Origin: Octopus bimaculoides
Taxonomy: Eukaryota
Assembly: GCF_001194135.2 (NCBI RefSeq)
Contig: NC_069005.1
Span: forward strand, 6,628,664 to 6,692,623
Reading direction: 5' to 3'
DNA: 63,960 nt
The notes below the pieces were generated by a model. It had not been told where the DNA came from. It made no database searches and saw only the letters and a list, made by a program, of their open reading frames with translations. Positions 47,548 to 59,210 of this stretch are shown here, one piece after another. Every line of letters begins with the position of its first letter. Within the stretch, counting starts at the first letter, position 1. The position numbers and the translations under genes are program-made.

Positions 47548-49510
47548 TATACATGTATACGATGGGCTTCTTTCAGTTTCTATCTACCAAATCCACTCAC
47601 AAGGCTTTGGTGGGCCCAGGGTATAGTAGAAGACACCTGTCCAAAGTACCATGTGGATGGGAAGCAAGCGTCTTACCACACAGCCATGCCTATCCATTCT
47701 CTACCATATGCTGAACCAGCATGGCAGAGTAGGCTTCGCAAACCAGTTTGACCTCAAGCTCAAATTCAAAGCCTCCGCATCAGACCATGGTTGATGGAGA
47801 GAACATGCTGAGGCCTTCATCCTGCAGTGGACTGAACATGGGCAATTCAAGCCAATGTACACACAGGCACACTTAAATAGACGGATAAATATATAGTTCA
47901 ATACTTCAGTTACAAACTCTTTTCCTACTAAAAAGGAATTAAGAAATGTGGCAATGGGCCTAACCTGAAGAAATCCTTATTTGAAGTAGTCTTGAAGGGC
48001 TGAGATGAATTCCTTTTGTGAGAAATGGTTTATGTTTTCTTGTACTTTGTGTTGCAGGACCATCATGAAATCTGTTTTGTTGGAGATGAAGCATTTAAGG
48101 AGCTCTCAAGAATAGACACCAATGCTCCTTCTCTCCTGGCCAAGGTAAGCAAATTGGACAATTTGTTCTGCTCTAGTCATTGTTACCGAATGAAAGATTC
48201 GCAGGCGCAGGCTGTGTGGTAAGTAGCCACAGACACAGGAGTAGCTGTGTGGTAAGTAGCTTGCTTACCAACCACTGTGTGGCACCTTGGGCAAGTGTCT
48301 TCAACTATAGCCTCAGGCCGACCAAAGCCTTGTGAGTGGATTTGGTAGACGGAAACTGAAAGAAGCCCATCGTATATATGTATATTTGTGTGTTTGTTCC
48401 CCCAACATCGCTTGACAACCGATGCTGGTGTGTTTATGTCCCTGTAACTTAGCGGTTCAGCAAAATAAACCGATAGAATAAGTACTGGGCTTACAAAGAA
48501 TAAGTCCCAGGGTCGATTTGCTCGACTAAAGGCGGTGCTCCAGCATGGCCACAGTCAAATGACTGAAACAAGTAAAAGAGTATATCACTGTCGTTGTTCA
48601 ATACTCACTCTTTGACGCTCGCATGGGGTGAATGGAGTTTGTTGAGGCAGAATTTTTACAGTTGGGTGCTCTTCCTGTCACCAAATTATGAAATTGTTTC
48701 CAAGCAGGGTAAGTACTTCCTCATAGTAGGACATGTTCTCATGGAAGACTGGAGGCAGGCACTATTTGCATGTGAACGTTTGTTTATGTATGTGCCTCTC
48801 TGTCTTGATAATGTGTGATTCTTATAAATGAAGGTCATTCATTTCTGGTATTTTGTTAAGTTTGGGCTAGCAGGGAAATATCACCCCCTGGCCACATAGA
48901 AAGCCTGCTTCAATAAACTCCATCTGACCCATGTTAGTTAGTTGGCATTCCTTTGCTTACGACGTCGAGGGTTCCAGCTGATCCGACCAACGGAACAGCC
49001 TGCTCGTGAAATTAACGTGCAAGTGGCTGAGCACTCCACAGACACGTGTACCCTTAATATAGTTCTCGGGGATATTCAGCGTGACACAGCGTGACAAGGC
49101 TGACCCTTTGAATTACAGGCACAACAGAAACAGGAAGTAAGAGTGAGAGAAAGTTGTGGTGGAAGAGTACAGCAGGGTTCGCCACCATCCCCTGCCGGAG
49201 CCTCGTGGAGCTTTTAGGTGTTTTCGCTCAATAAACACTCACAACGCCCGGTCTGGGAATCGAAACTGCGATCCTATGACCGTGAGTCCGCTACCCTAAC
49301 CAGAGGGCCATTGCGCCTCCACCTGACCCATGTAAACGTGGAAAAAATGAATGCTAAAACGATGTTGACAGTATGTGTGTGGCATATGCATGTGTCCGTA
49401 TACATGTGTATAACATTTCTGATTTCCTCTCATTCTTTCTGCAGGCAATAGAAGGAGATAAAAGTGAAGAATGGTTTGAAAAGAAAGGACAAAGTAAGTT
49501 CGAAGGCTAA
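30704..49510 (+). CDS. GLOD4: Glyoxalase domain-containing protein 4; complete, 10 exons, 312 aa
   Basis: Exons 30704-30847, 37240-37289, 39060-39180, 41065-41203, 41619-41669, 43352-43431, 44882-44968, 46097-46210, 48058-48144, 49445-49510 (939 nt, GT-AG, phases fit). Motifs [79 protein letters not shown]. Confidence 0.95.
32195..32495 (-). mobile_element. Penelope-like element fragment (C-terminal GIY-YIG endonuclease region)
   Basis: [12 protein letters not shown]...[35 protein letters not shown] fits the PLE pattern L..R..EH...A.H..H...W...IL..E...R...EA. No RT domain is nearby. Confidence 0.65.
32940..33798 (+). repeat. ~150-bp tandem array (5-6 units) derived from the 3' end of an RTE-clade LINE
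   Basis: The anchor GA(G/A)ATGGTTG recurs at 33041, 33199, 33341, 33493 and 33646. Units translate to [23 protein letters not shown]...VM.VA.DR.LWRR, and the array ends in a GATGGATGGATGG tail. Confidence 0.8.
36568..37118. mobile_element. Two adjacent ~210-bp mariner-like MITEs separated by (CA)n
   Basis: Ends GAGGG(G)TG..GAAAAGT.CCTGGCTTT and AAAGCCAGGAACTTTTCAG; further copies at approximately 59930-60030 and 60055-60270. Confidence 0.7.
42128..43188 (-). mobile_element. Family B SINE split by an RTE insertion
   Basis: SINE sequence at 42128-42417 resumes at 43101-43188 exactly where the intact copies continue (CTCAATAAACA|CTCACAACGCCCGG). Confidence 0.8.
42418..43100 (+). mobile_element. 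5'-truncated RTE-clade LINE with (GAT)n tail, nested in a SINE
   Basis: Reads MLRWMCNV...[40 protein letters not shown], followed by a gap, 3' UTR and (GAT)n. AAACA flanks it at 42413-42417 and 43101-43105. Confidence 0.85.
43975..44230 (-). mobile_element. Degenerate RTE/BovB-like LINE fragment
   Basis: [16 protein letters not shown]...[14 protein letters not shown] resembles the RTE C-terminal pattern ISW.EH.TNEEVL...L.Y.GHV.R. Confidence 0.55.
47365..47402 (+). ncRNA. Candidate minimal type I hammerhead ribozyme with one core change
   Basis: UCUUU-CUGUUGA-A-GAGC-guag-GCUC-GAAA-CGUU^AAAGA. Five-bp stem I, four-bp stem II, palindromic ACGU stem/loop III; A6 is U. Confidence 0.5.
48935..49322 (-). 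mobile_element. tRNA-derived SINE, family B (full length, with TSD)
   Basis: Reverse-complement copy; TSD CTGACCCATGT at 48924-48934 and 49323-49333. Confidence 0.85.
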
Positions 49511-49894
49511 GAGAACAAACTGAAGACTGACTGAAGTTTTTTTTTTTGTTTACATGAAGTATTTGTAACAGGACACAATTGATTAATTTTTATTATTATC
49601 ATCCATTTGGGTTTGATGTAACTGACTGATCCCATTTCATAAACATGGAAGGCGTGAACAGTCAGCTACACAATCAAGCCTACTTATAATATTTTCTTGT
49701 GTAGGTAGAAGACCCCAAATTTGGGAGGGATGTTTCATTATATTGACCCCAGAAAGATGAAAAAAAAGCAAAGTAGATCTCAGTTATGTCCCTTTACGTT
49801 CTTCAAACCCAGCTGGTGGTTGACTAGGATCTAATCAAAATTACTAGCCTTGTGTCTAAATTAGAAATTATTATTATTATTATTATTATTATTA

Positions 49895-50390
49895 TGGCAG
49901 CAGCAAGCTGGCAGAATTGTTAGCATGGTGGGCAAAATGCTCAGCAAGCATTTCATCGTCCTTTATATTCCGAGTTCAAATTCTGCAAAGGTCCATTTTT
50001 GCCTTTTGTCCTTTTGGGGTTGATAAAATAAGTACCAGTTGAGCATTGGGGGTTGATGCAATTGACTTAGCTCCCCACTAAAATGCTGGCTTTGAGCCAA
50101 AATTTGAAATCAATAATTGTTATTATTGAGGTTTAAGGTGGTGAGCTGGCAGAATCGTTAGCAGGCCAGGCAAAATGCTCAGCTGCATTTCACCCATCTT
50201 TACGTTCTGAGTTCAAATCCCACTGAGGTTAACTTTGCCTTTCATCCCTTCAGGGGTCAATAAAATGAGTACCAGTTAAACACGGGGAGGGGGGGTGTCA
50301 GTGTAATCAACTAGCCATTCCCTTCTATCCCCCCACAAAAATTTCAGTCCTTCTGCCCATAGTAAAAAGAATTATTATTATAGCAGAATC
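49895..50390 (+). mobile_element. tRNA-derived SINE, family C, two head-to-tail copies (representative)
   Basis: GAGCTGGCAGAATCGTTAGC...GAGTTCAAAT...TTTGCCTTTCATCC...GGGGTC.ATAAAAT.AGTACCAGT. Other copies at approximately 19030-19240(+), 20510-20650(-), 20945-21150(-), 21175-21390(-), 55490-55700(-), 56955-57150(+). Confidence 0.75.
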
Positions 50391-51482
50391 AGTTGATTGA
50401 CAAACTAATTTGCAAATTTTTTTTTGTAACTTTTGAATTTAATTCATTTTAAGGCACACCTGTCGTCCATGTTAATATTTTGTGAAGGGGTTTGGCAAAA
50501 AAAAAAAAAAAAAAAAAAGGACTAAGCCATCTTGCATTTGAGATTGAAGAGATTTTTTTTTTAAATTTGAATAAAGTTTTTGGGTAGGATAAACATTTTT
50601 AATTATTTTTATATATACTCAACATTTTTTTTTTTAAGGGTAAAGGATATGTGTGCTTTAAAAAGGGAAAATCTATATGAAACTAAAAGAAACCAAATTT
50701 TTATTTTATTCTATGGAACTTTCAAAACAAATTTCTCATTTTGGGGAGGTTGAGATAGAGGTAAAGAAGGATTCCTTTCACCATAACATAGAAAATAGTG
50801 GCCACTTTCTCCCAACCAAGAAACCCTTGACATAAAACGACAGTTTTGTCTTGTGTATCACGTTATGTTTCTCTCTCATCTATGTATTATATACGAAACA
50901 CATCCCCCTTTTTTTTTTTTTTAAACAATTAGAGTAACTTGGGTCTTACGGAAATTTTATATCCCTCAGAATGTATGAAACAAGGTCCAATTAAAAGTCT
51001 GAAAAACAAGCATGGATGTTTAAAACAAATTCATGAAAATGCTTTAGACAAGCAAAGAATTACAGGGAACCCCCTTTGCCTGTCCCCTGTATCACATGAT
51101 ACACAGAAAATATTTCCCCAGCCTCCATACATCATATATATTGATACACATTCCTAATTTCAGAGTAACTTGGGACATATGAAAGGAAAGCATATATTTA
51201 ACTCAGAACCTATGAAACAAGGGCATGGATGTTTGGGGCAAACTTATGAAAATGCTTTGGAGACAAAGAGTTAAATATCTGATTTTAGGGTCCTGGGCTT
51301 AGCTCTATCCAGTCAACAAGACTCTGATTTACAAAAGAATTGTAAGAAATAGTGGAACACTTCTTTTTGTTTTTTTTTCAATAATACAATTTAATATAAT
51401 GTATGGTGGTATTATGGTAGGGAAAAAAATACATAGATTTTATTTTTGTATTTCAATAAATGCTGTCTCAACTGAATCACTG

Positions 51483-54400
51483 TCAATTCTCACTTATCTT
51501 CTCCAACTCATCGACGTCATTAGCATCAAGTTTCAAGATTGTTCGTGCTGTGAAATTAGAAAACATTATTTCGTGTCAATTAATTAACAAGGGGAGAGAG
51601 AGCAAGTCGATAATTACTGAAAAATGCATTGATTAATAACAGGCGAGCTAAACCATACAAAGACCAATAATCTCCTTCTCCTGCACTTCCTTCAGGTTGG
51701 GTAACCATGTATCTCCTTTGCAGCAACACACCTGTTTCTGTCCTCATTTCTGATCTCTCTCTCTCTCTGGCCAGGGTAACCTTGTTCCTCATCTACAGCA
51801 AGACACCTGTTTCTGTCTCACTATAACTTTTCATCATCTACTTTTGCCAATGCTACCTCCCCCTCTCAGACTTTTGTCTTGCAGGTTACTTGGTGACCCT
51901 GTCAGTGTAGGTGCCACTTAGAAAGCATCCAGTCCACACTGTAAAGTGATTGGCATTTGGAAGGGCATCCAGCTGTAAAAACCCTTGCCAGTGCTTGTGC
52001 CATGTAAAAAGCACTAAGTCCACTCTGCTGAGTGGTTGGTGTTAGGAAGGGCATCCAGCTGTAAAAATCCTGCCAAAACAGTTACAGAAGTCTGGTGCAG
52101 GCTTCTGCCTGGCCAACTCCTGTCAAACCATCCCACCCATGCCAGCATGGAAGGCAGATGTTAAGCAATAATGATGATGTAGTCATCTGGCTTGCTCCAT
52201 ATAACAAAAACCAAAGCACACACTACTGTCTTTACACACTTTAAGTATTCACACTGGTCATATTCTATCAACATCATCATCTGTCTGTTTCATATTCAAA
52301 CCAGCAGTTATGACAGTACAGAGGATGAATCTTGTGATATACTAGAAATAGCAGCCAAACTTCCTTCAAATCACACCCTGCTATACTTAAAACAAACATG
52401 GATAGGTTGTGTGTGTGTGTGGTTAAGAAGTTCACTTCCCAACCACATGATTTACAACTATCACACAACATCAAGACAGAGACACAAACACAGACAACGT
52501 CAAGACAAAGAGACACAAACACACACAACACCTACATATATCTTTTGTGTTATGCTTTGAAGCAATGCACAATACCAGAATTTTTGACTTGAATCACATA
52601 CAACAAACTACTCCAAACCCATATCACAATATCTTTTCACTTCCTCGTCACTGGACTATCATCTCTTCGGCCCCATGAAAGAGTGTTTGAGAGGCAAACA
52701 TTATTCCAGTGACGAGGAAGTGAATACTGTAGTGAAGAAGTGGCTCAAAGGACAGCCAACAGAATTTTACGGGGGCAGGGATACATGGGGCAAGGGTACA
52801 TGGTCTTATTTGAAGGTAGAACATTGCTATTGAGAGAAACGGTGACTATGTTGAGAAGTAGGGATGTGATTCACAGAGGACCAGCTTCATTTTGATGTAT
52901 GATACATGTTCCTGTGTTGGTAATTATACTGGTCCTAAACAAAATAGCATTGCTTTTTGACTCCCCCTCGTACATATACACACAAACACATGCTTGGCAG
53001 CAATGATTTTGTTTCGTGTTTCCTGTAAATGCACATTCTACTCACTAGTTCGACAAGTGATGATGGTGGATGATAAAGTAACAAAGGCTGACATCAAGAA
53101 GGGCATCTGGTTGCAGAAGAATGCCTTAGGAAGCAGCTTCAACCAACTGAAGCAACCAATGGAAAATGTGGCCATCATAATCGATGATGATTTCTCAGAT
53201 CCATTTATTTTCACCCTTCCAAAACCAATAAATTAAGTGCAATTCTACAAGTCTCCTGCCCTTGATATAATCTAGTTTTAAAACAGCGTGGCCCTTGTGC
53301 TGTTAGGAGAAAAAGCAATAAAATAAACACTGTAATAAAATTTTTTCATCTTTTTCTCTCTGGTTAGTTAGTAAATATTTCCTATTTGCTTCTATCTAGA
53401 AATCAAAGGAAATGACTACTATTCCCTTCAAACTTTGCTTCTGTGACCTAGATATCTATGTTTTGAAACTGACCTATTTTCCATAACATTTCAGATAGAT
53501 TCAGCACTGAAATATCGTTGAAGCAAATATTCTGTTCAATAGCACAGATTTGCTTGTCAGTTGCTTAACCCGTAACCACTTGAGCATGTTCCTTAGTGGC
53601 TGATGTTATGTGCATCCCTGATCATGAGCAGGAGTAGTGGGGGAACATCATAGCCATGTGTTGAAGAGAGGGATTCTTTGGGGTTTGAATAAATGGAACA
53701 AAACAAAATTTGAAGGAAATATTAGCCATTTTCCATACTTTCTTGGGGTCAGCAAATAGGAAAGAACAGTTGCTACCCAAAGACAAAAATTATGTTATAC
53801 AATGGTCATAGAGTGAAGAAAAGGAAGAACTTACCAAAATGTCTCTCTATTTCATGAAGGATGTTCAAGGTATTTCTGCTGACCATGTTCAGGGCAATGC
53901 CATCCTTGCCAAACCTTCCAGTACGCCCAATACGGTGAAGGTAAGTTTCAAAATCTGGTTTACCATCTTGCAAAGTTGGCAGATCAAAGTTAACAACCAT
54001 AGTTACTTGGGCAACATCAATTCCTGAAAATGGTTTTCAGGTGTTGTGGGTGGCAAGGAGAGAAAAACGAAGAAATAAAGAAGGAAAAGAATGATTTTGA
54101 AGGAGAGAAAAACGAAGAAATAAAGAAGGAAAAGAATGTCTTTGAAGGAGAGAAATAAAGAAGGAAAAGAATGATTTTGAAGTTGTCTTTGAAGGAGAGA
54201 AAAACGAAGAAATAAAGAAGGAATATAGTCAAGAAATCTTATTGCATGTCTTTAACCTATTGACTAGTACTATGCCAACACATTTCAACGAAACCATGTC
54301 AGTGACTAGTTATAGAGGACAAAACTTCTTGATACAAAATAAAAATTATATTAGTTATTATAGTTTAATCTGATTAACTCTTTTGTTACCATATTTCTGT

Positions 54401-57400
54401 TGAAATACATTACGTTTGTTTTAATTTGTTTTCAAAATAATGAAGAATTTAGTCAAATAACTGTCAACATTAACCCTTTTGTTATTGTATTTCTGTTGAA
54501 ACACACAGACTTTGTTCCAATTAATTTTGAAATTAATGAAGAATTTAGCAAAATAACTTTGCTGTTAATAAACTGGTGTTTGGAACATAAATTAGCAAGA
54601 AATTGAGATGAGAGGTTTTAATTTGTCTGACTTTAAAACCGGAAGTTTGTTTAACAGAACCAAGGGCGATCTTGAGCGGGTTGGTATCATTAGTTCCATT
54701 AGATTTTGAATAACAAAGTTCGAACATGAATTCTCTGTGTCTGTCCATTTGTCTGCGACAACAAATTTTCAATACCACAAAGATTGGTAGTAGCAGAAAC
54801 GGTTTTTGCATCCAATAAACTAAAAGTGAGCCCAGCGCTACAACGGATATGAATAAAGAAACTAAGAAACGGTAAAAAAACAGATGTGAAAACGGTAGAA
54901 TTAAAAAGACTGATCTTACCTCGGGCAGCAACATTTGTTGTAATCAGGACTTTCTCGTTGCCTTCTCTGAAACGTCGGATGATGTCAGCTCTCTGATGGA
55001 TTGGCAACTCTCCGCTTAGCAAGCCAACAGCGTGGCCATCACGACTCATCTTTTCAGATAACCAAGAGGCAGATTTTCTAGTCTGTAAAAAGAAGCAAAA
55101 GGTCACTCAATGAGGAGATGACAAGGGACTGGTCCCTGTGAGAAAGCATGTCAAACTAATTAAAATAGCAGCCATCCATACATACAGGCATGTCCTTTAC
55201 GGCCGTTTCCCCAATCCCTCTTCCAACTGAGAGGCCACGTAAAATGCACTTATACCAGTGCCATGTTACTACACCTGTGTCTGCAGCACATATAAAGCAC
55301 CCAGCGCACTCAGTAAAGTGGTTAGTATTAATAAGGGCATCCGGCTGTAGAAACTATACCAAATCAGACAACTGGAGCCTGGACAGCTCTCCAGCTCCTG
55401 TCAAACCGTCCAACCCATGCCAGCATGGAAAACAGACGTTAAGTGATGACGACGACAATGATGATGATAGTATATATTTCTTTATTGCCCACAGGGGGCT
55501 AAACATAGAGAGGACAAACAAAGGGATTAAGACTATTACATCGACCCCAGTGCGTAACTGGTACTTTTTTTTTAATCAACCCCGAAAGGATGAAAGGCAA
55601 AGTCGACCTCAGCGGAATTTGAACTCAGAATGTAACGGCAGACGAAATATCGCTAAGCATTTCACCCAGTGTACTAACGTTTCTGCCAGCTCGCTGCCTT
55701 GATGATAATAGTATATTTATTAACTTCATCATCATTTTAACATCCACTTTCCCATACTTGCATGGGTTGGATGAAGTTTATATTATGTCAGATCTTCTAC
55801 ACCCAGATGCCCTTCTTGTCACCAACTTCAACTGTTTCCAGGTAAGATAGTATTTCCCCGTGCCCAGATGATATGTTTTTTGCAGAATATTGGAAATGAA
55901 CGGCACTGGAGAGAAAGGGACAGTACAGTAATGGTTTAAATGTCTTTGATTAACGACAGGCAGACAGGTAGGTCAGCAGACAATGAACTAGAGGGACAAA
56001 TGGAAGAAGAAGTGAGAGAGAAAACATTATACAAATAACATTAAGAAGGCAGGATAGGGAAAAAGGATGATGAGAACCAAGCAGGGTCTGAACAACTAAA
56101 AGTCAGTAAGGCTAAGCAGAACATCACTCACTTTACAGAAAACAACAGCTTGTCCAATGGATATTGAACCGTAGATGTTGGAAAGGGCCTTAAATTTATC
56201 ATCCTGGCTCTGACATTCAATGTAATATTGCTTGATATTGTCAAGGGACTCCTCTTCTCGACGCAGCCTGATAGTGACAGGATTTGGGATGATGTCTTGT
56301 GCAAATTTCATTACTTCGGCATCGTATGTGGCAGAGAAAAGTAACATCTGGCATTCTCCTAAATGTCTACAATAGAAACAAAAACACAAAAAAAAAATAA
56401 TAGAAACAAAACAAAAACAAGGCAAAGAAAAATTGGGAAATCTATAAGAGAAATGAGAATATTAGAAATTATATAGCATCCAGTATACTCTGTAGAGTGG
56501 ATGGCATCAGGAAGAACCAGGCTTCAATAGATAAATAATGACAACTAGTGCTGGTGTGTTCATGTCCTTGTAACTGAGAGGTTCAGCAAAAGAGATGAAC
56601 AGAACAAGTACCAGGCGTCAATAGATAAATAATGATAGCAACTTACCGTTGTATCCGGATGGACTGGTCTTTATGGCCCTGTGTTGCAATCATTACATCA
56701 GCCTCGTCTAATACAAAAACTGAAATCTTTTGCAAGTCAAATGCATTAAATTTCCAACCCAGATCCAACGCAGTGCCGGGAGTCCCAATAACAATTTGTT
56801 CAGTAAAGATTTTATCTGGAATCAGACAAACGGAAATTCATTAAACATTGGATTTTGCCCAGATGATGGCAATATTCCTGCAGGCATCTCTTCTTGCTAG
56901 CAACAATCACCCATGGGAAAACAAAAATACCCTTCTCATTTTAATATCCACAGCGAGCTGGCAGAAACATTAGCACACAGGGCGAAATGCTTAGCAGTAT
57001 TTCATTTGTATTTATGTTTTGAGTTCAAATTCTGCTGAGGTTGACTTTGCCTTTCATCCTTCCGGGGTCGATAAATTAAGTACCAGTTGCGAACTGGAGT
57101 CGATCTAATCAACTGGCCTACCTCCTCAAACATTTTGGGCCTTGTGCCTAGAGTTAAAAAAAATATCCACTTTCCCATGGTTGCATAGGTAAGATGGAAT
57201 TACGTTGAGGCAGATTTTCTGCAGCTGTATGCCTCTATTGTTGCCAGCCCTCACTTGTTTCCAAGCAAGGCAATAATTCATCCATGGATAGATTATGTTT
57301 TTGCAATATATAGTGGTGCATTGTGTTTATGAACAAAACACTTCATCTTGCATTGCTTTGCAATCACTTCGACACCTGATGCGTGGTACGCAGTGTACCT

Positions 57401-59169
57401 GTCCAGGTAACATTGATTTGATGGAGAGAGAGAGAGTGATCTAATGTGCAGCACAAACATTTGACCACTATAAACAATTCGTTTGTGATGGTCATTTGGC
57501 AAAAGCTGAACGCTCATACATTGTCTTTGAGAGGATGAGTCCATCATGTGTGTGTGTGTGTGTGTGTGTGTGTGAACTTCAGGGTAGTTACCCAAAGCCA
57601 GGAACTCTTCAGCAGCCCCCTCGTATATATCTCACATCATTATTCAATGTGGTATTCACTTGTCTTTTTTACAACACTAAAGGATCAGGTTTCAGCAGCC
57701 ATATTTGCACCCACCCCCAACTTACTAGATCACTAAATGGGGTTTGTAATTCAAATGAAGAGGGCTCAAACTGAATTTTTTAACCCATGCTCCCATACTG
57801 TAGTACCATGGGACTACTGTAGAGGATTGTAGCCTCAATCTTGCTCATGCTTCTATACAAATCAAAATCAGAAGGTTTAAAAAAAGGTAGGGACTGGACA
57901 GGTGAAAGAAAGGATGAGTAAAATATTAGAAATACCTCGTTCCGTTCCTCGGACAGCAAATCCAATTTTCACATCGGTCATAAATTTCGCCATTTTGATA
58001 GCTACTTCACCAATTTGAATGGCTAATTCATACGTAGGTGCTAAACACAGACACTGGAATTAGAAAAAGAAATTGTAAGAGGAGGAATGATGATGATGAT
58101 CAATTTTGACACAAGACCAGCAACTCCACGATGGAGTTGTCCTGTTCAGGGGGGGGGGGATTTGTGATCTCAGTTACTTGCATGCCATGGAAACTGGTTA
58201 AGCAGCCCTATGAGCCTTAGGACTCAAGACAGTAATGTTGACCAGTATATACAACAGTAGCCAGGCCCATCAATAACACTTTGAGAGAAAGAGAGATATA
58301 GAGAAAGAGAGAGGGAGTGCTCTATTTATTGGCAGGCAATCTCACAATACAGACTATTTGCTGGCAGACAGACTCATAGTAGAAACTCACAAATAGAGAC
58401 TGTTCAATTTAATGGCAGGCAGACTCACAGAGATTACTCTGTTAGGTGATAGACTCATAGTAAGTAGAGACTCACAAATAGAGATTTATCTATTAGCCGG
58501 CAGACAGACTCGTAGTAGAGACTCACAAATAGAGATTTATCTATTAGCCGGCAGACAGACTCGTAGTAGAGACTCACAAATAGAGATTTCTCTGTTAGCT
58601 GGCAGACAAACTCATAGTAAAGACTCACAAATAGAGATTTCTCTGTTAGCTGGTTGGCAGACACACAATAACTGAAATCCAGCTGGGTTCCTTTACAGGG
58701 GTCAGAGTAATGGCTAGCATTAGCCTGTATAACATATTTTCACAAACCCCTTTTTCTACAAAGATCATGGACCCTGCTGCTCACCTCTTTGGTTTTCACT
58801 TAGCCAACATGGACAGCACAACAACAAATAAACAATGAAAAGTGATGCTGATGATGATGATGATGAGGAAGATAATGGAGATAGTAATGATGGTGACAGT
58901 GATGATGATGATAAATCAAGCTCACCAAAACGCCATGTTCAAAGTTAATTGGGAGCTTACAAAGTGGAAATAAAAAAAGAAAAAGAAAAGAAAATAACAA
59001 AAAAAAACCTAGTAGGTACATATTTTTTACCTGAGGGTATTTGAGGTTAACATCTACTCTACTTAGCATGGTGAGAACAAAGGCAGCTGTTTTTCCAGTT
59101 CCACTCTGAGACTGTGCAATCATGTTTACAGGGCTGACAACAGAGAGAATAAACATGAAATACAAATAC

Positions 59170-59210
<41 letters not shown>

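Noticed and set aside
53282-53305. Acceptor near 53301 as the last DDX19 exon
   Set aside because: It gives only a few unrelated codons before a stop; 51547-51483 encodes the expected [14 protein letters not shown] end.
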